Part shown: piece by piece, positions 16,216-24,061 of the stretch
How positions within the stretch are numbered: position 1 is the stretch's first letter
Layout: every line of letters starts with the position of its first letter
NCBI GenBank assembly: GCA_025922755.1
Contig: JAICHE010000001.1
Coordinates: forward strand, 1-32,555
Source of the DNA: Nitrososphaeraceae archaeon
GTDB lineage: Archaea; Thermoproteota; Nitrososphaeria; Nitrososphaerales; Nitrosopumilaceae
Direction of reading: 5' to 3'
DNA: 32,555 nt
Made by a program: the position numbers and the translations under genes
The notes under the pieces: generated by a model
The model's database searches: none
The model's input: only the letters and a program-made list of their open reading frames with translations
Told to the model about the DNA's origin: nothing

Positions 16216-16890
16216 TCACTGGGCATACTTTGTTTTGTCTTTTATTCCTGACTTTTCAAATGCAATTTTTCTATTATTACAAGATTCACAATTACCACAA
16301 TGATATTTTCCACTGGAATAACAACTCCAAGTTTTGAAAATAGAATCACCAATAGTTTTGTAACCTGATTTTAGCAAATCACTCTTTGATAGACCTTCTT
16401 TGTATGGAGACCAAATTTCGATTTTTTTCCTTAACCCAGTAATAATCCCATCAATTTCGCCTTGATTAAAGGAAGATTCTAATTTTTTTGCAAAATTTGG
16501 TCTACAATCTGGATAATTTTTATCTCCAGTATGTGCTCCGTAGGCTACTAATTGTGCATTTAAAGTATAAGCCCATGCAGATGCAATAGAAAGAAAAACA
16601 GCATTTCTGATTGGGACTACAATAGAATAATCAAATTCACTTGGTATCTTTTTATTCCCGCTAGTCAAGACATTTGATTTACCATACAAATCCTTCATGA
16701 AACTAATATCAACGATTTTGTGTTTTTTCAATCCTAATTTTTTTGCAAAGGACTTTGCAGCTACAATTTCTCTATTTGCCTTTTGTCCATAGGAAAACGA
16801 AATTCCATAAAGATCATATTTTGATTTTAAGTAAGAAGCTGCACAAACAGAATCTATACCGCCACTAAACACCACTACTGCCTTTTTCAT
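16216..16890 (-). CDS. queC: 7-cyano-7-deazaguanine (preQ0) synthase
   Basis: PP-loop VVVFSGGIDS at the N-terminus and a C-terminal zinc cluster (SCYSSGKYHCGNCESCNNR). 224 aa. Confidence 0.9.
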   Translation of the reverse strand: MKKAVVVFSGGIDSVCAASYLKSKYDLYGISFSYGQKANREIVAAKSFAKKLGLKKHKIVDISFMKDLYGKSNVLTSGNKKIPSEFDYSIVVPIRNAVFLSIASAWAYTLNAQLVAYGAHTGDKNYPDCRPNFAKKLESSFNQGEIDGIITGLRKKIEIWSPYKEGLSKSDLLKSGYKTIGDSIFKTWSCYSSGKYHCGNCESCNNRKIAFEKSGIKDKTKYAQ

Positions 16891-16905
16891 CAGATTTTCT
16901 CCAAA

Positions 16906-17829
16906 TTATTTTTTGATTGCCGCACCAATACTTGGTTTACAAATAATTGTATCACATTCTGTCTTGGCAGATCTAAAACCTCTTCTCATAGCTAAACTAA
17001 TTTTTTTAAGGTCTGCTGTTTTTTCTGAAAAAGCAATTACAGATGGACCTGCACCACTAATTGTTACCCCTAGAGCCCCAGCTTTTAGTGCATTTTCTTT
17101 CACATTCTTAAATCCTGGGATCATATGTTGCCTTGCGGGTTCAACAATTACATCTTTTATTGATCTACCAATTAGTTTTGAATCATTATTCATGAATCCA
17201 GCCACAATAGCTGTAGCGTTAGATAAATTTGTAATACTATCTTTAAGACTAATTTTTTTTGGAATTACTCCTCTTGAGACCTTAGTTTTCTTTTTTGGAA
17301 CTTTTAATTTTGGAACAGCGATACACATACGCAAATTTGTTGGTGGAGTTATTTTGATCACATCCAAAGGGTTTGTTTTGACAATTACAAATCCTCCTAA
17401 CACCGAAGCTGCAACATTATCATAATGAATTGAACCTGCACTTGCTTTTTCGCCAATCCCTGCAAACTCTACAAGTAAATTATCATCAAGTTTAAGACCA
17501 TACAATTTATCAAATGCAACGGCTGCTGCAGCAGCTGAGGCTGCACTGCTTCCCATTCCATACCCAGCTGGAACATTTTTTTTAATTTTAATTTCAATTC
17601 CATCTTTGGTTTTAAATTTTTTAATCATATTTTTTACAACCAATCCTGCAGTATTCTTATCAGGATTAGTAGGTATGTTGTCTTCTGTTACTATGCGAAC
17701 TTTCTTTTCTTTAGTTTTTGTTAAAGTGATTTCATCGTAAAATGCATTTACTGCCAATCCAAAAACGTCAAATCCTGGACCAAGATTTGCTGTAGAAGAA
17801 GGTGCTACCACCGTTATTTTTGATCTCAT
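16906..17829 (-). CDS. thrB: Homoserine kinase (GHMP kinase family)
   Basis: APSSTANLGPGFDVFGLAV matches the ThrB N-terminal signature. GHMP motif PAGYGMGSSAASAAAA. 307 aa. Confidence 0.8.
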   Translation of the reverse strand: MRSKITVVAPSSTANLGPGFDVFGLAVNAFYDEITLTKTKEKKVRIVTEDNIPTNPDKNTAGLVVKNMIKKFKTKDGIEIKIKKNVPAGYGMGSSAASAAAAAVAFDKLYGLKLDDNLLVEFAGIGEKASAGSIHYDNVAASVLGGFVIVKTNPLDVIKITPPTNLRMCIAVPKLKVPKKKTKVSRGVIPKKISLKDSITNLSNATAIVAGFMNNDSKLIGRSIKDVIVEPARQHMIPGFKNVKENALKAGALGVTISGAGPSVIAFSEKTADLKKISLAMRRGFRSAKTECDTIICKPSIGAAIKK

Positions 17830-18588
17830 CTAATCTTCTACCTCCTCTCCCAAATTAAGAATTCTGCTTAAAGCACCTTCCAAATTTACAAGACCATCTC
17901 CTGTTTGATTAGAAATTGGAATCAATCCTTGGGCAAATCCACTAAGATTTAATCCCCGTAAAATATTGGTAGCTAAAGTATAGGTTTCTCCATCAGCCTC
18001 AGCTGCTATGGAATTTTCTAGGGATCTTATGTTACTTGACCATTGAATAATCTCTTTTAATTTTTCACCAATAATGTCAGTTTTTGTAATTACGTTTATG
18101 GTTGGAAGATTTAGACGTAGTCTAATCGAAGTAGCCAAAAGTGCAAGTGATACAAAATTAATTGGAGTGGTAATCAAAGCTCCATCAAATAAGAAAATAT
18201 TTGTTTTTTCCTCTGCAGTGATATTTTCTACAATAAATCTACCACTAGATCGATATGCAAATAATTCTATTTGGCCAGGTGTGTCTACTAACAAATAATC
18301 CGGATTTACTCTTTCAACTTCATTTCTAATGTCATCAATTTTAGAAGCAATTAGATCATTTGCCATCACAAGTGCTCCGTTTGGTCCTAAATCATAATTT
18401 TTCATGACTGAAACAATGTCAACATAATCACGCACATCAATATCACAGGTATATGGAATATTTTCTACTCCCGGATCTAAATTTAATGCAGCTACAAAGG
18501 CACTGTTTTGAGTATAGTAATCATATAATTTTGAAGTTAACAACGACTTTCCTGATCCTGCAGTTCCAGTCACAAAAATTGTTTTCAA
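17830..18588 (-). CDS. GPN-loop GTPase
   Basis: P-loop GTAGSGKS, the eponymous GPNGAL motif, DTPGQIELF, and TKTD. 252 aa. Abuts thrB with no gap. Confidence 0.85.
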   Translation of the reverse strand: MKTIFVTGTAGSGKSLLTSKLYDYYTQNSAFVAALNLDPGVENIPYTCDIDVRDYVDIVSVMKNYDLGPNGALVMANDLIASKIDDIRNEVERVNPDYLLVDTPGQIELFAYRSSGRFIVENITAEEKTNIFLFDGALITTPINFVSLALLATSIRLRLNLPTINVITKTDIIGEKLKEIIQWSSNIRSLENSIAAEADGETYTLATNILRGLNLSGFAQGLIPISNQTGDGLVNLEGALSRILNLGEEVED

Positions 18589-18701
18589 TACCGTCTAATT
18601 CTCCTTTGTTGGCTTATATTTCAAACTAGATATAGGCGTAAAGAAACTTAGTCACAAAATTGGGTCAACTTTCATATTTGAATCAATAAAAAAAATCCCA
18701 A

Positions 18702-19718
18702 ATGAACTGGAGAATTATTGTCATCCCAGCTACACTGATTCCAATTTTATTCATCGCATTACAATTCGATATTAAAATTGAAGATGTCTTAGCTATCGGA
18801 ATTTTTCCATTTGCAATGGCCGTCATTGCCATGTTGGTAAAATTAGGGATTCAAGGAATAAAATTTGCGTACATTGCTCAAAAATATTTAGGAAAGTTTG
18901 ATTCGTTTTGGAAATTATCTGGAGTAAGAATTGGAAGTGAATTCATTAAATTTACAACTCCAATGTTTGTTGGTGCAGAATTCATAATAATTTATTATTT
19001 GCACAAAAAAGGAGTACCTCCATCAAAGTCTACTTGGATTGCTATAATGGATATAGTTACAGAAGTTTTTGCAGCAGGTTTATTGTCTATCATGGCCGGA
19101 ATTCTTGCTTTAATGCATGGAGCATATATTGTTGGAGTAATTATTCTTACAACAAGTATCTTTGTTACAACTTTGTGGATGGTTTTGTTTTTTCTATCCT
19201 CCAAAAGAGTTTTCCAACTCCCAAAAGGAATTGCAATGTTGGTTAAGAAATTTGGGAAAGAAAAAGGAGAAAAAATTGTTGATAAAACAAACTCTTGGAT
19301 GGAAGAAGTGTGTGTAATGAGCAAAAAAAATCTAAGAACATCCGAATCAAAAAAAGTATTCACTGTAACATTTTTCATGTCGTTAATTTCCTGGTCTTTT
19401 TACGGAATATCCTTTGCAATAATTGCCTTTGGAACAGGTTATGTCTTAGGTGTATTTGATTCAATAATGGCAGTTATGGGTGCAAATGCAATTGGTAATT
19501 TACCAATTACTGTGGGAGGATCGGGTCTGGCAGAATTTGGTATTGTGGCTTATTTGAATAATCAAAATCCATTTGATGTTGCTGCCCTTGAGGGAAATTC
19601 TATTTGGAATGCAGTAATTGGATGGAGAATTGCTACTTACTATGTACCAATTGTCATAACCTGGCTATTGCTTGTTAAATTAGCCTTGAGTAGATTAGAT
19701 AAAACTGAAACTGATTAA
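18702..19718 (+). CDS. Polytopic membrane protein, UPF0104 / lysyl-PG-synthase-TM (flippase-like) family
   Basis: 338 aa with ~8 TM segments and a basic loop in the middle. The GNLPITVGGSGLAEFG segment resembles the conserved P-x-x-PGG-x-G-x-x-E motif of this family. Confidence 0.6.
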   Translation: MNWRIIVIPATLIPILFIALQFDIKIEDVLAIGIFPFAMAVIAMLVKLGIQGIKFAYIAQKYLGKFDSFWKLSGVRIGSEFIKFTTPMFVGAEFIIIYYLHKKGVPPSKSTWIAIMDIVTEVFAAGLLSIMAGILALMHGAYIVGVIILTTSIFVTTLWMVLFFLSSKRVFQLPKGIAMLVKKFGKEKGEKIVDKTNSWMEEVCVMSKKNLRTSESKKVFTVTFFMSLISWSFYGISFAIIAFGTGYVLGVFDSIMAVMGANAIGNLPITVGGSGLAEFGIVAYLNNQNPFDVAALEGNSIWNAVIGWRIATYYVPIVITWLLLVKLALSRLDKTETD

Positions 19719-19747
19719 TCAAAATTATTTTGGATATTTTTGAGCAA

Positions 19748-19825
19748 TTATAATAAAAGGATGCCAAATATCTGAACAAGAATTGCTGCAATAGCAAATA
19801 TTACAAGCTTAATGCCAAACTTCAT
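19748..19825 (-). CDS. Candidate 25-aa hydrophobic micropeptide
   Basis: ATG at 19825-19823 encodes MKFGIKLVIFAIAAILVQIFGILLL then a stop. A TTTATACTATAT TATA-like box lies ~20-30 nt upstream on the minus strand. Too short for the ORF track and unsupported by homology. Confidence 0.25.
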   Translation of the reverse strand: MKFGIKLVIFAIAAILVQIFGILLL

Positions 19826-19905
19826 AATTTGTAAATTCTTTTCATATAGTATAAAGATTTCAACCAATAGAAAGCACTTTATCTTTTGAATGATTTTTTT
19901 GAGTT

Positions 19906-20706
19906 ATGGATTTTAAAGAAAAAGTTGTCTTAATTACTGGAGCCTCATCAGGAATAGGACGCGCATCGGCAATCAAATTTGCAAAGAAAGGTGCAAAAAT
20001 AATTTTGGTTGCAAGAAACAAAATAAAACTAGAAAAAGTCCAGTCAGATCTAAATGCATTTAACACCTCTACTCTTGTATGCGAATGTGATGTTTCTGAT
20101 AAATCTCAAGTTCAATTAATGTCAAAGAAGGTTTTAGAAAAATTTGGATCTGTAGATATTCTAGTCAATAATGCCGGATTTGCTATTTATGATTCTGTGG
20201 CAAATTTGAGTATAGATGAAATTGAATCACAGATGGCAACAAATTATTTTGGGATGGTTTATTGTATCAAAAATTTTCTACCATCAATGATTCAAAAAAA
20301 ATCAGGACATATTGTAAATGTCGCATCAGTTGCAGCTAGCTTTGGATTACCAGGTATTGCTCCATACTGTGCATCCAAATTTGCAATGCTAGGTTTTTCA
20401 GAAGGCCTAAAACATGAGCTAAAAGGCACTGGCGTAGGAATAACAGTAGTAAGTCCTATCATGGTAAGAACAAATTTCTTTGATCATCCATCTTTTGAAA
20501 ATATGCCAAAATATTCCCCAACTTCTCTAAGTCCAGAAACAGTTGCAAATGCAGTCTTAAAGGCAGCTAATTCACCAAGACTGGAAATCATTGTTCCTTC
20601 AATAGTTAGAGGTGCAGTATGGATAAAAGAAACTTTTCCATATCTGATAAATCCAATTTTGGGTTCAGCATTTCGTAAACAATTAAACAAAAAAGAACAA
20701 AATTAG
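19906..20706 (+). CDS. Short-chain dehydrogenase/reductase
   Basis: ITGASSGIGRA, VNNAG, and catalytic YCASKFA. 266 aa. Confidence 0.9.
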   Translation: MDFKEKVVLITGASSGIGRASAIKFAKKGAKIILVARNKIKLEKVQSDLNAFNTSTLVCECDVSDKSQVQLMSKKVLEKFGSVDILVNNAGFAIYDSVANLSIDEIESQMATNYFGMVYCIKNFLPSMIQKKSGHIVNVASVAASFGLPGIAPYCASKFAMLGFSEGLKHELKGTGVGITVVSPIMVRTNFFDHPSFENMPKYSPTSLSPETVANAVLKAANSPRLEIIVPSIVRGAVWIKETFPYLINPILGSAFRKQLNKKEQN

Positions 20707-20707
20707 A

Positions 20708-21103
20708 TTATTCTTCATCCATATCTGCAGGCTCGCTAGAACCTACGTCTAGCAATTCTAAGGATTTTAATTCAAATTGATATATCGCTGCCATTTCTAT
20801 CTCTTTTTCTTTCTGTAGATACTCCGTTACCTTTTTGCTCAACGGAGCTTTATGTTGATCAAATGTAAATTCATAAACTACACCTCTCTCCAAATCTGAT
20901 GCCTTGATTTTTTTAGGCAAATCCATCGTGACAATATGTCTTCCATCCTCTACTGGATCGTATAACTGAGTATCTATCTTGTTATCGGCATCATAAATTT
21001 CTAAAATATATCCAGTTCTTGTCAGTTCTTCAGGTTTCTTGAATTTTGCATTTTGAATTTCGTCAGAAACCCAATCAGGAATTTCATCTTTCTTTTTTAC
21101 CAT
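20708..21103 (-). CDS. Hypothetical acidic protein (131 aa)
   Basis: Non-overlapped ORF 11 nt downstream of the Zn-ribbon gene on the same strand. No motif recognised. Confidence 0.55.
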   Translation of the reverse strand: MVKKKDEIPDWVSDEIQNAKFKKPEELTRTGYILEIYDADNKIDTQLYDPVEDGRHIVTMDLPKKIKASDLERGVVYEFTFDQHKAPLSKKVTEYLQKEKEIEMAAIYQFELKSLELLDVGSSEPADMDEE

Positions 21104-21114
21104 AAATATCAGCT

Positions 21115-21423
21115 CTAGCTTAGCTCTTTTTCTTTTTTACTTTTTTGCCACCATTCTAGGTAATCATCTTGTTTGTCTTCTCTAGTTTTTTCTCTTTGAT
21201 TCAATTTATAGCGTATATCTGAGACTTGTTCTCTTGTAGCATATAGTCCACATCGTTTACAAATGAAATGCTTTGTTGCAGAATCCATTTTCATTGGAAA
21301 ATCGATCTCGTCAAATAGTTTGAATAAATCGTCCCTTTGTCTGTCTTCCTCTGGAGTTTCAGCTTCATATTTTTCTTGAATTTTCTTTTTTTCTCTTGCA
21401 GTACATTCTGGACAGTTAGGCAC
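21115..21423 (-). CDS. Hypothetical zinc-ribbon protein (102 aa)
   Basis: GTG start giving MPNCPEC. The C4-x2-C7 and C55-x2-C58 pairs could form one zinc ribbon. Otherwise highly charged (Glu/Lys/Arg). Confidence 0.55.
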   Translation of the reverse strand: MPNCPECTAREKKKIQEKYEAETPEEDRQRDDLFKLFDEIDFPMKMDSATKHFICKRCGLYATREQVSDIRYKLNQREKTREDKQDDYLEWWQKSKKEKELS

Positions 21424-21487
21424 TGTTGATCTGGCTTAATTTTTTCCATAAAAGCCTTCCCACCTACTTTGATCGATAATTATGAGG

Positions 21488-21553
21488 TCTGACACGCGGA
21501 TTTTATCGTCATCCCTTTCGGTCAGTTCGCCCATCGAACTCCCGCGTGCCAGA
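21488..21553 (-). ncRNA. G+C-rich structured RNA candidate with 12-bp closing helix, class unknown
   Basis: 66 nt, 37/66 G+C, in the 155-nt spacer between the glycosyltransferase stop and the Zn-ribbon gene start. On the minus strand, UCUGGCACGCGG pairs with CCGCGUGUCAGA over 12 bp with one G-U; the same position is an A-C mismatch on the plus strand, which favours a minus-strand transcript. Inside are hairpin GUUCG-AUGGG-CGAAC and CUGA-CC-GAAA-GG-GAUGA (K-loop/box D'-C'-like). Confidence 0.4.
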
Positions 21554-21578
21554 TAATTAAAATTCAAAAAATAATATT

Positions 21579-22814
21579 TTATCTCTTTTCTTCTAAAATT
21601 TCAGAGGCGATTTTTGCAGTATTTTCTGCTCCATTAGGAACAAAATTTTGGGAAAATTCCAATAAACTACCCTCAAAATTCTCGTGGTTTTCCTTAATTT
21701 TGTTTATTCCTACCATAACCTTGTTTGTATTTTTGGCCAAGATCCCCAGACTTTTATTTTCAGCCCATTTGATATTATTTTCATGCTCATCATAGATTGG
21801 AATTCCAATTATTGGCTTACTGTATCCCCCAAGTATTTCTCCCATTACTGTATGTGAGCCATTTACAACTGCATATTTGCAGTAATTTAGAACTGTATCT
21901 TTTTCTTGTTCTGAAAGATAACCAACATCAATTTGTATCCAATCAATTTTCTTTTCATAGGCTTCTGATATACTGAATCTTTTTCCATCTTTGGCCAAGA
22001 CTGAATCTATAGATGAATCATCTCTAGCATGAGAAATTATTCTTTTTTCATTTTTCATTTCATTTTTATGAAAAACTTGCTCATATCTTTCACCAGTCCC
22101 ATCATTTGTAGATTTATTTCCAGTTCTCATCCAGTAACCAAATTCAGAATCCTCAATAATTTTTTCAAGGTCTGAAGGAGAATTGTTTTGTATAATTTTT
22201 TTATTGGTAAAATGACCCACATAAGAAACTTTTTCAAGTACTTGTTTATTGAAATTCAAATTTAATTCACATAAAGTATAAGGTGGAGGAGAATCAGCAA
22301 CTATGATTTTAGTTGCTTTGGCAATCTGTTTTGCAATAAAATAAAGTGAAGGATAAAAGTAAGACCTTGTTTTATACAATTTTGGTCTATATTGATTTGT
22401 TATGAAAAGACTTGGTATGTCGCGGTTTTTGGCTAAGATATTAGAGCCCATATCGCCATCATTGATCACCAAATCAAATTTTTCTTTATTGTACAATTTT
22501 CTTTCTTCTCTCAAGTAATCAGCAATCTGATTTACCAAAGGTGGATTTTCTCTAACCGGTAACAGAAAATTTAACATTGACAATGATACACTTGGACCAA
22601 ATTTACCATCTATTGGAGTTGGCATCAAAATATTGTGAATTCTTTCTTTTTGGTCTGGAAACTTTTTTAATAATTTCTGAAAAACGTGATCTTTGCTGGA
22701 AAAATGTACTTCAATTTTGTTTTTCATATTTTCCAAAAAAGCATCATGAAATCTCATCATGCGTGAGAAATGGCCACTTCCCCATGGATAAATAAACTCA
22801 CCAACTTTGTACAT
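21579..22814 (-). CDS. Glycosyltransferase, GT-B fold (MurG / MJ1255-like)
   Basis: 411 aa. The N-terminal YPWGSGHFSRM resembles the G-x-G-H-x-x-R motif of GT28/MJ1255-type enzymes. The C-terminal half has the nucleotide-sugar-binding style segment (VVNGSHTVMGEILGGYSKPIIGIP). Confidence 0.7.
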   Translation of the reverse strand: MYKVGEFIYPWGSGHFSRMMRFHDAFLENMKNKIEVHFSSKDHVFQKLLKKFPDQKERIHNILMPTPIDGKFGPSVSLSMLNFLLPVRENPPLVNQIADYLREERKLYNKEKFDLVINDGDMGSNILAKNRDIPSLFITNQYRPKLYKTRSYFYPSLYFIAKQIAKATKIIVADSPPPYTLCELNLNFNKQVLEKVSYVGHFTNKKIIQNNSPSDLEKIIEDSEFGYWMRTGNKSTNDGTGERYEQVFHKNEMKNEKRIISHARDDSSIDSVLAKDGKRFSISEAYEKKIDWIQIDVGYLSEQEKDTVLNYCKYAVVNGSHTVMGEILGGYSKPIIGIPIYDEHENNIKWAENKSLGILAKNTNKVMVGINKIKENHENFEGSLLEFSQNFVPNGAENTAKIASEILEEKR

Positions 22815-22845
22815 GAAAAGAAATCTAATAATGCCGTTTAAAATT

Positions 22846-23973
22846 TCACTGATTTTCTTCTAATGAATCTAAAATATCATGCACATTATTTGGCCCTACA
22901 GTCACATTCACAGTTTTCTTGGTTTTTAATGCAGTTTTTACATCTTTTTCAGAAATCTTAGGAATTTCTTTAAAATCCATTTTAATGGCGTTACTCATTT
23001 TGGGAATTTGTGATTCTAATCCAATTTCTTTTGCATCATCAAATAATCCACTATCAACCCCACTTAGTGGTATTAATGGAAGTTTATCATTTTGAAATAT
23101 ATTTTTCATGGCAAATTCCGAAATATTTTGGGAGAAAGTCAAGGGTGAAAATCCTAATGAAACAAAAGTCAAATTATTTGTCTTTGCTTCATGGAGCATA
23201 ATTTCAATTATTGTGTTAAGGAAAATGGCATAATCTTTTGTACTAGAAGATCTTGATTTTATTTGAAAAAAATCCAATGTAATTTTTTCTTTTACAAGCC
23301 TAGGAATTATTTGATTAATTGTTTTCACCAAATTCATTAATTCTGAATTTTTTCTATAGCAGATTATGATTTTTGAGTCAAAACCTTGCTTTATGGTTTC
23401 ATAACAAGATACTGCAGATAACTCATCATAAACACAACAAACTGTATTTTGTTTGGGAGAATTGAATGTTATTCCCCCATTTCCTTTATCTATAAAAATA
23501 CAGATGTATGCATTGTTCTTGGTCAAATACGTATAAAGTAATTTGTCATAATTTTCTTCCGTTCCCGGTCTTGCTCCTAAATTTGATTTTTCTTCAATTA
23601 TAGACGAAGTTGCAGCGATTTCAACATCTTTTGTAAAAAATCCTTTTGAATATCCTTCCACTTTAACCAAAAATTTTTCTCCTTTTAATAGTAAATTTCC
23701 TCCTATTGAGGTAATTTCAGATACAATTGTTTTGAAATCATTTTTAACTTGTCTGGCAATTGCAACTTTTTCGATTCCAAATAGTAAATTTATGGCCGAA
23801 GATGAGAAAACAGGATCTCCTGAATCAACTAAAATCACATCCCCATCTCGTTTTACAGATTTGAACTCTTGGTTTCTAATTTTCAAAATTTTTTTGATAT
23901 TCGAAATTAATTGTGGAATTTTATTTTTTGAAAAAATTGTTGGAAAGACTACAACATAAGAAACTTCTTTCAT
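22846..23973 (-). CDS. ThiI-like THUMP-domain protein with degenerate PP-loop
   Basis: 375 aa, colinear with ThiI as I recall it: FGIEKVAIA (ferredoxin-like domain), KFLVKVEGYSKGFFTKDVE (THUMP), AYICIFIDKGNGG. Where ThiI has LLSGGIDSPVAAY, this ORF has CVYDELSAVSCY (nt 23413-23430 encode YDELSA). Confidence 0.6.
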   Translation of the reverse strand: MKEVSYVVVFPTIFSKNKIPQLISNIKKILKIRNQEFKSVKRDGDVILVDSGDPVFSSSAINLLFGIEKVAIARQVKNDFKTIVSEITSIGGNLLLKGEKFLVKVEGYSKGFFTKDVEIAATSSIIEEKSNLGARPGTEENYDKLLYTYLTKNNAYICIFIDKGNGGITFNSPKQNTVCCVYDELSAVSCYETIKQGFDSKIIICYRKNSELMNLVKTINQIIPRLVKEKITLDFFQIKSRSSSTKDYAIFLNTIIEIMLHEAKTNNLTFVSLGFSPLTFSQNISEFAMKNIFQNDKLPLIPLSGVDSGLFDDAKEIGLESQIPKMSNAIKMDFKEIPKISEKDVKTALKTKKTVNVTVGPNNVHDILDSLEENQ

Positions 23974-24024
23974 CTTTTTTATTTTGAAAATAACCTGTTT
24001 ATAATTTAGGACAAAATAACTGGG

Positions 24025-24038
24025 TAATCAATATAAAA
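24025..24038 (+). promoter_or_regulatory. TATA-like box upstream of cysH
   Basis: TAATCAATATAAAA is centred ~28 nt upstream of ATG 24062 in the divergent spacer shared with the ThiI-like gene. Confidence 0.3.
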
Positions 24039-24061
24039 CAACTAAAGTTGATAATAGTCAT

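Noticed and set aside
16906-17829. Alternative call of the GHMP kinase as archaeal shikimate kinase or mevalonate kinase.
   Set aside because: The N-terminal APSSTANLGPGFD signature and the ~300-aa size match homoserine kinase best. The alternative cannot be fully excluded without a search, hence confidence 0.8.
21488-21553. Possible fluoride (crcB) riboswitch: the CGAUGG-containing first hairpin, a small GAAA-capped second hairpin and a following AUGAC resemble parts of the motif.
   Set aside because: I could not find the pseudoknot complementarity between the first loop and the 3' tail. The linker differs from the conserved AUAAAC-like segment. The downstream genes are not crcB/eriC-type fluoride exporters. 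The resemblance is probably superficial; Infernal would settle it.
21475-21560. GATAATTA on both sides of the structured element, which could be a target-site duplication of a MITE with 12-bp terminal inverted repeats.
   Set aside because: The flanking ATAATTAT is itself palindromic and A/T-only, so a direct repeat cannot be distinguished from an extension of the stem or from chance. The left copy is separated from the inverted repeat by 4 extra nt. No second copy of the element exists in this window.
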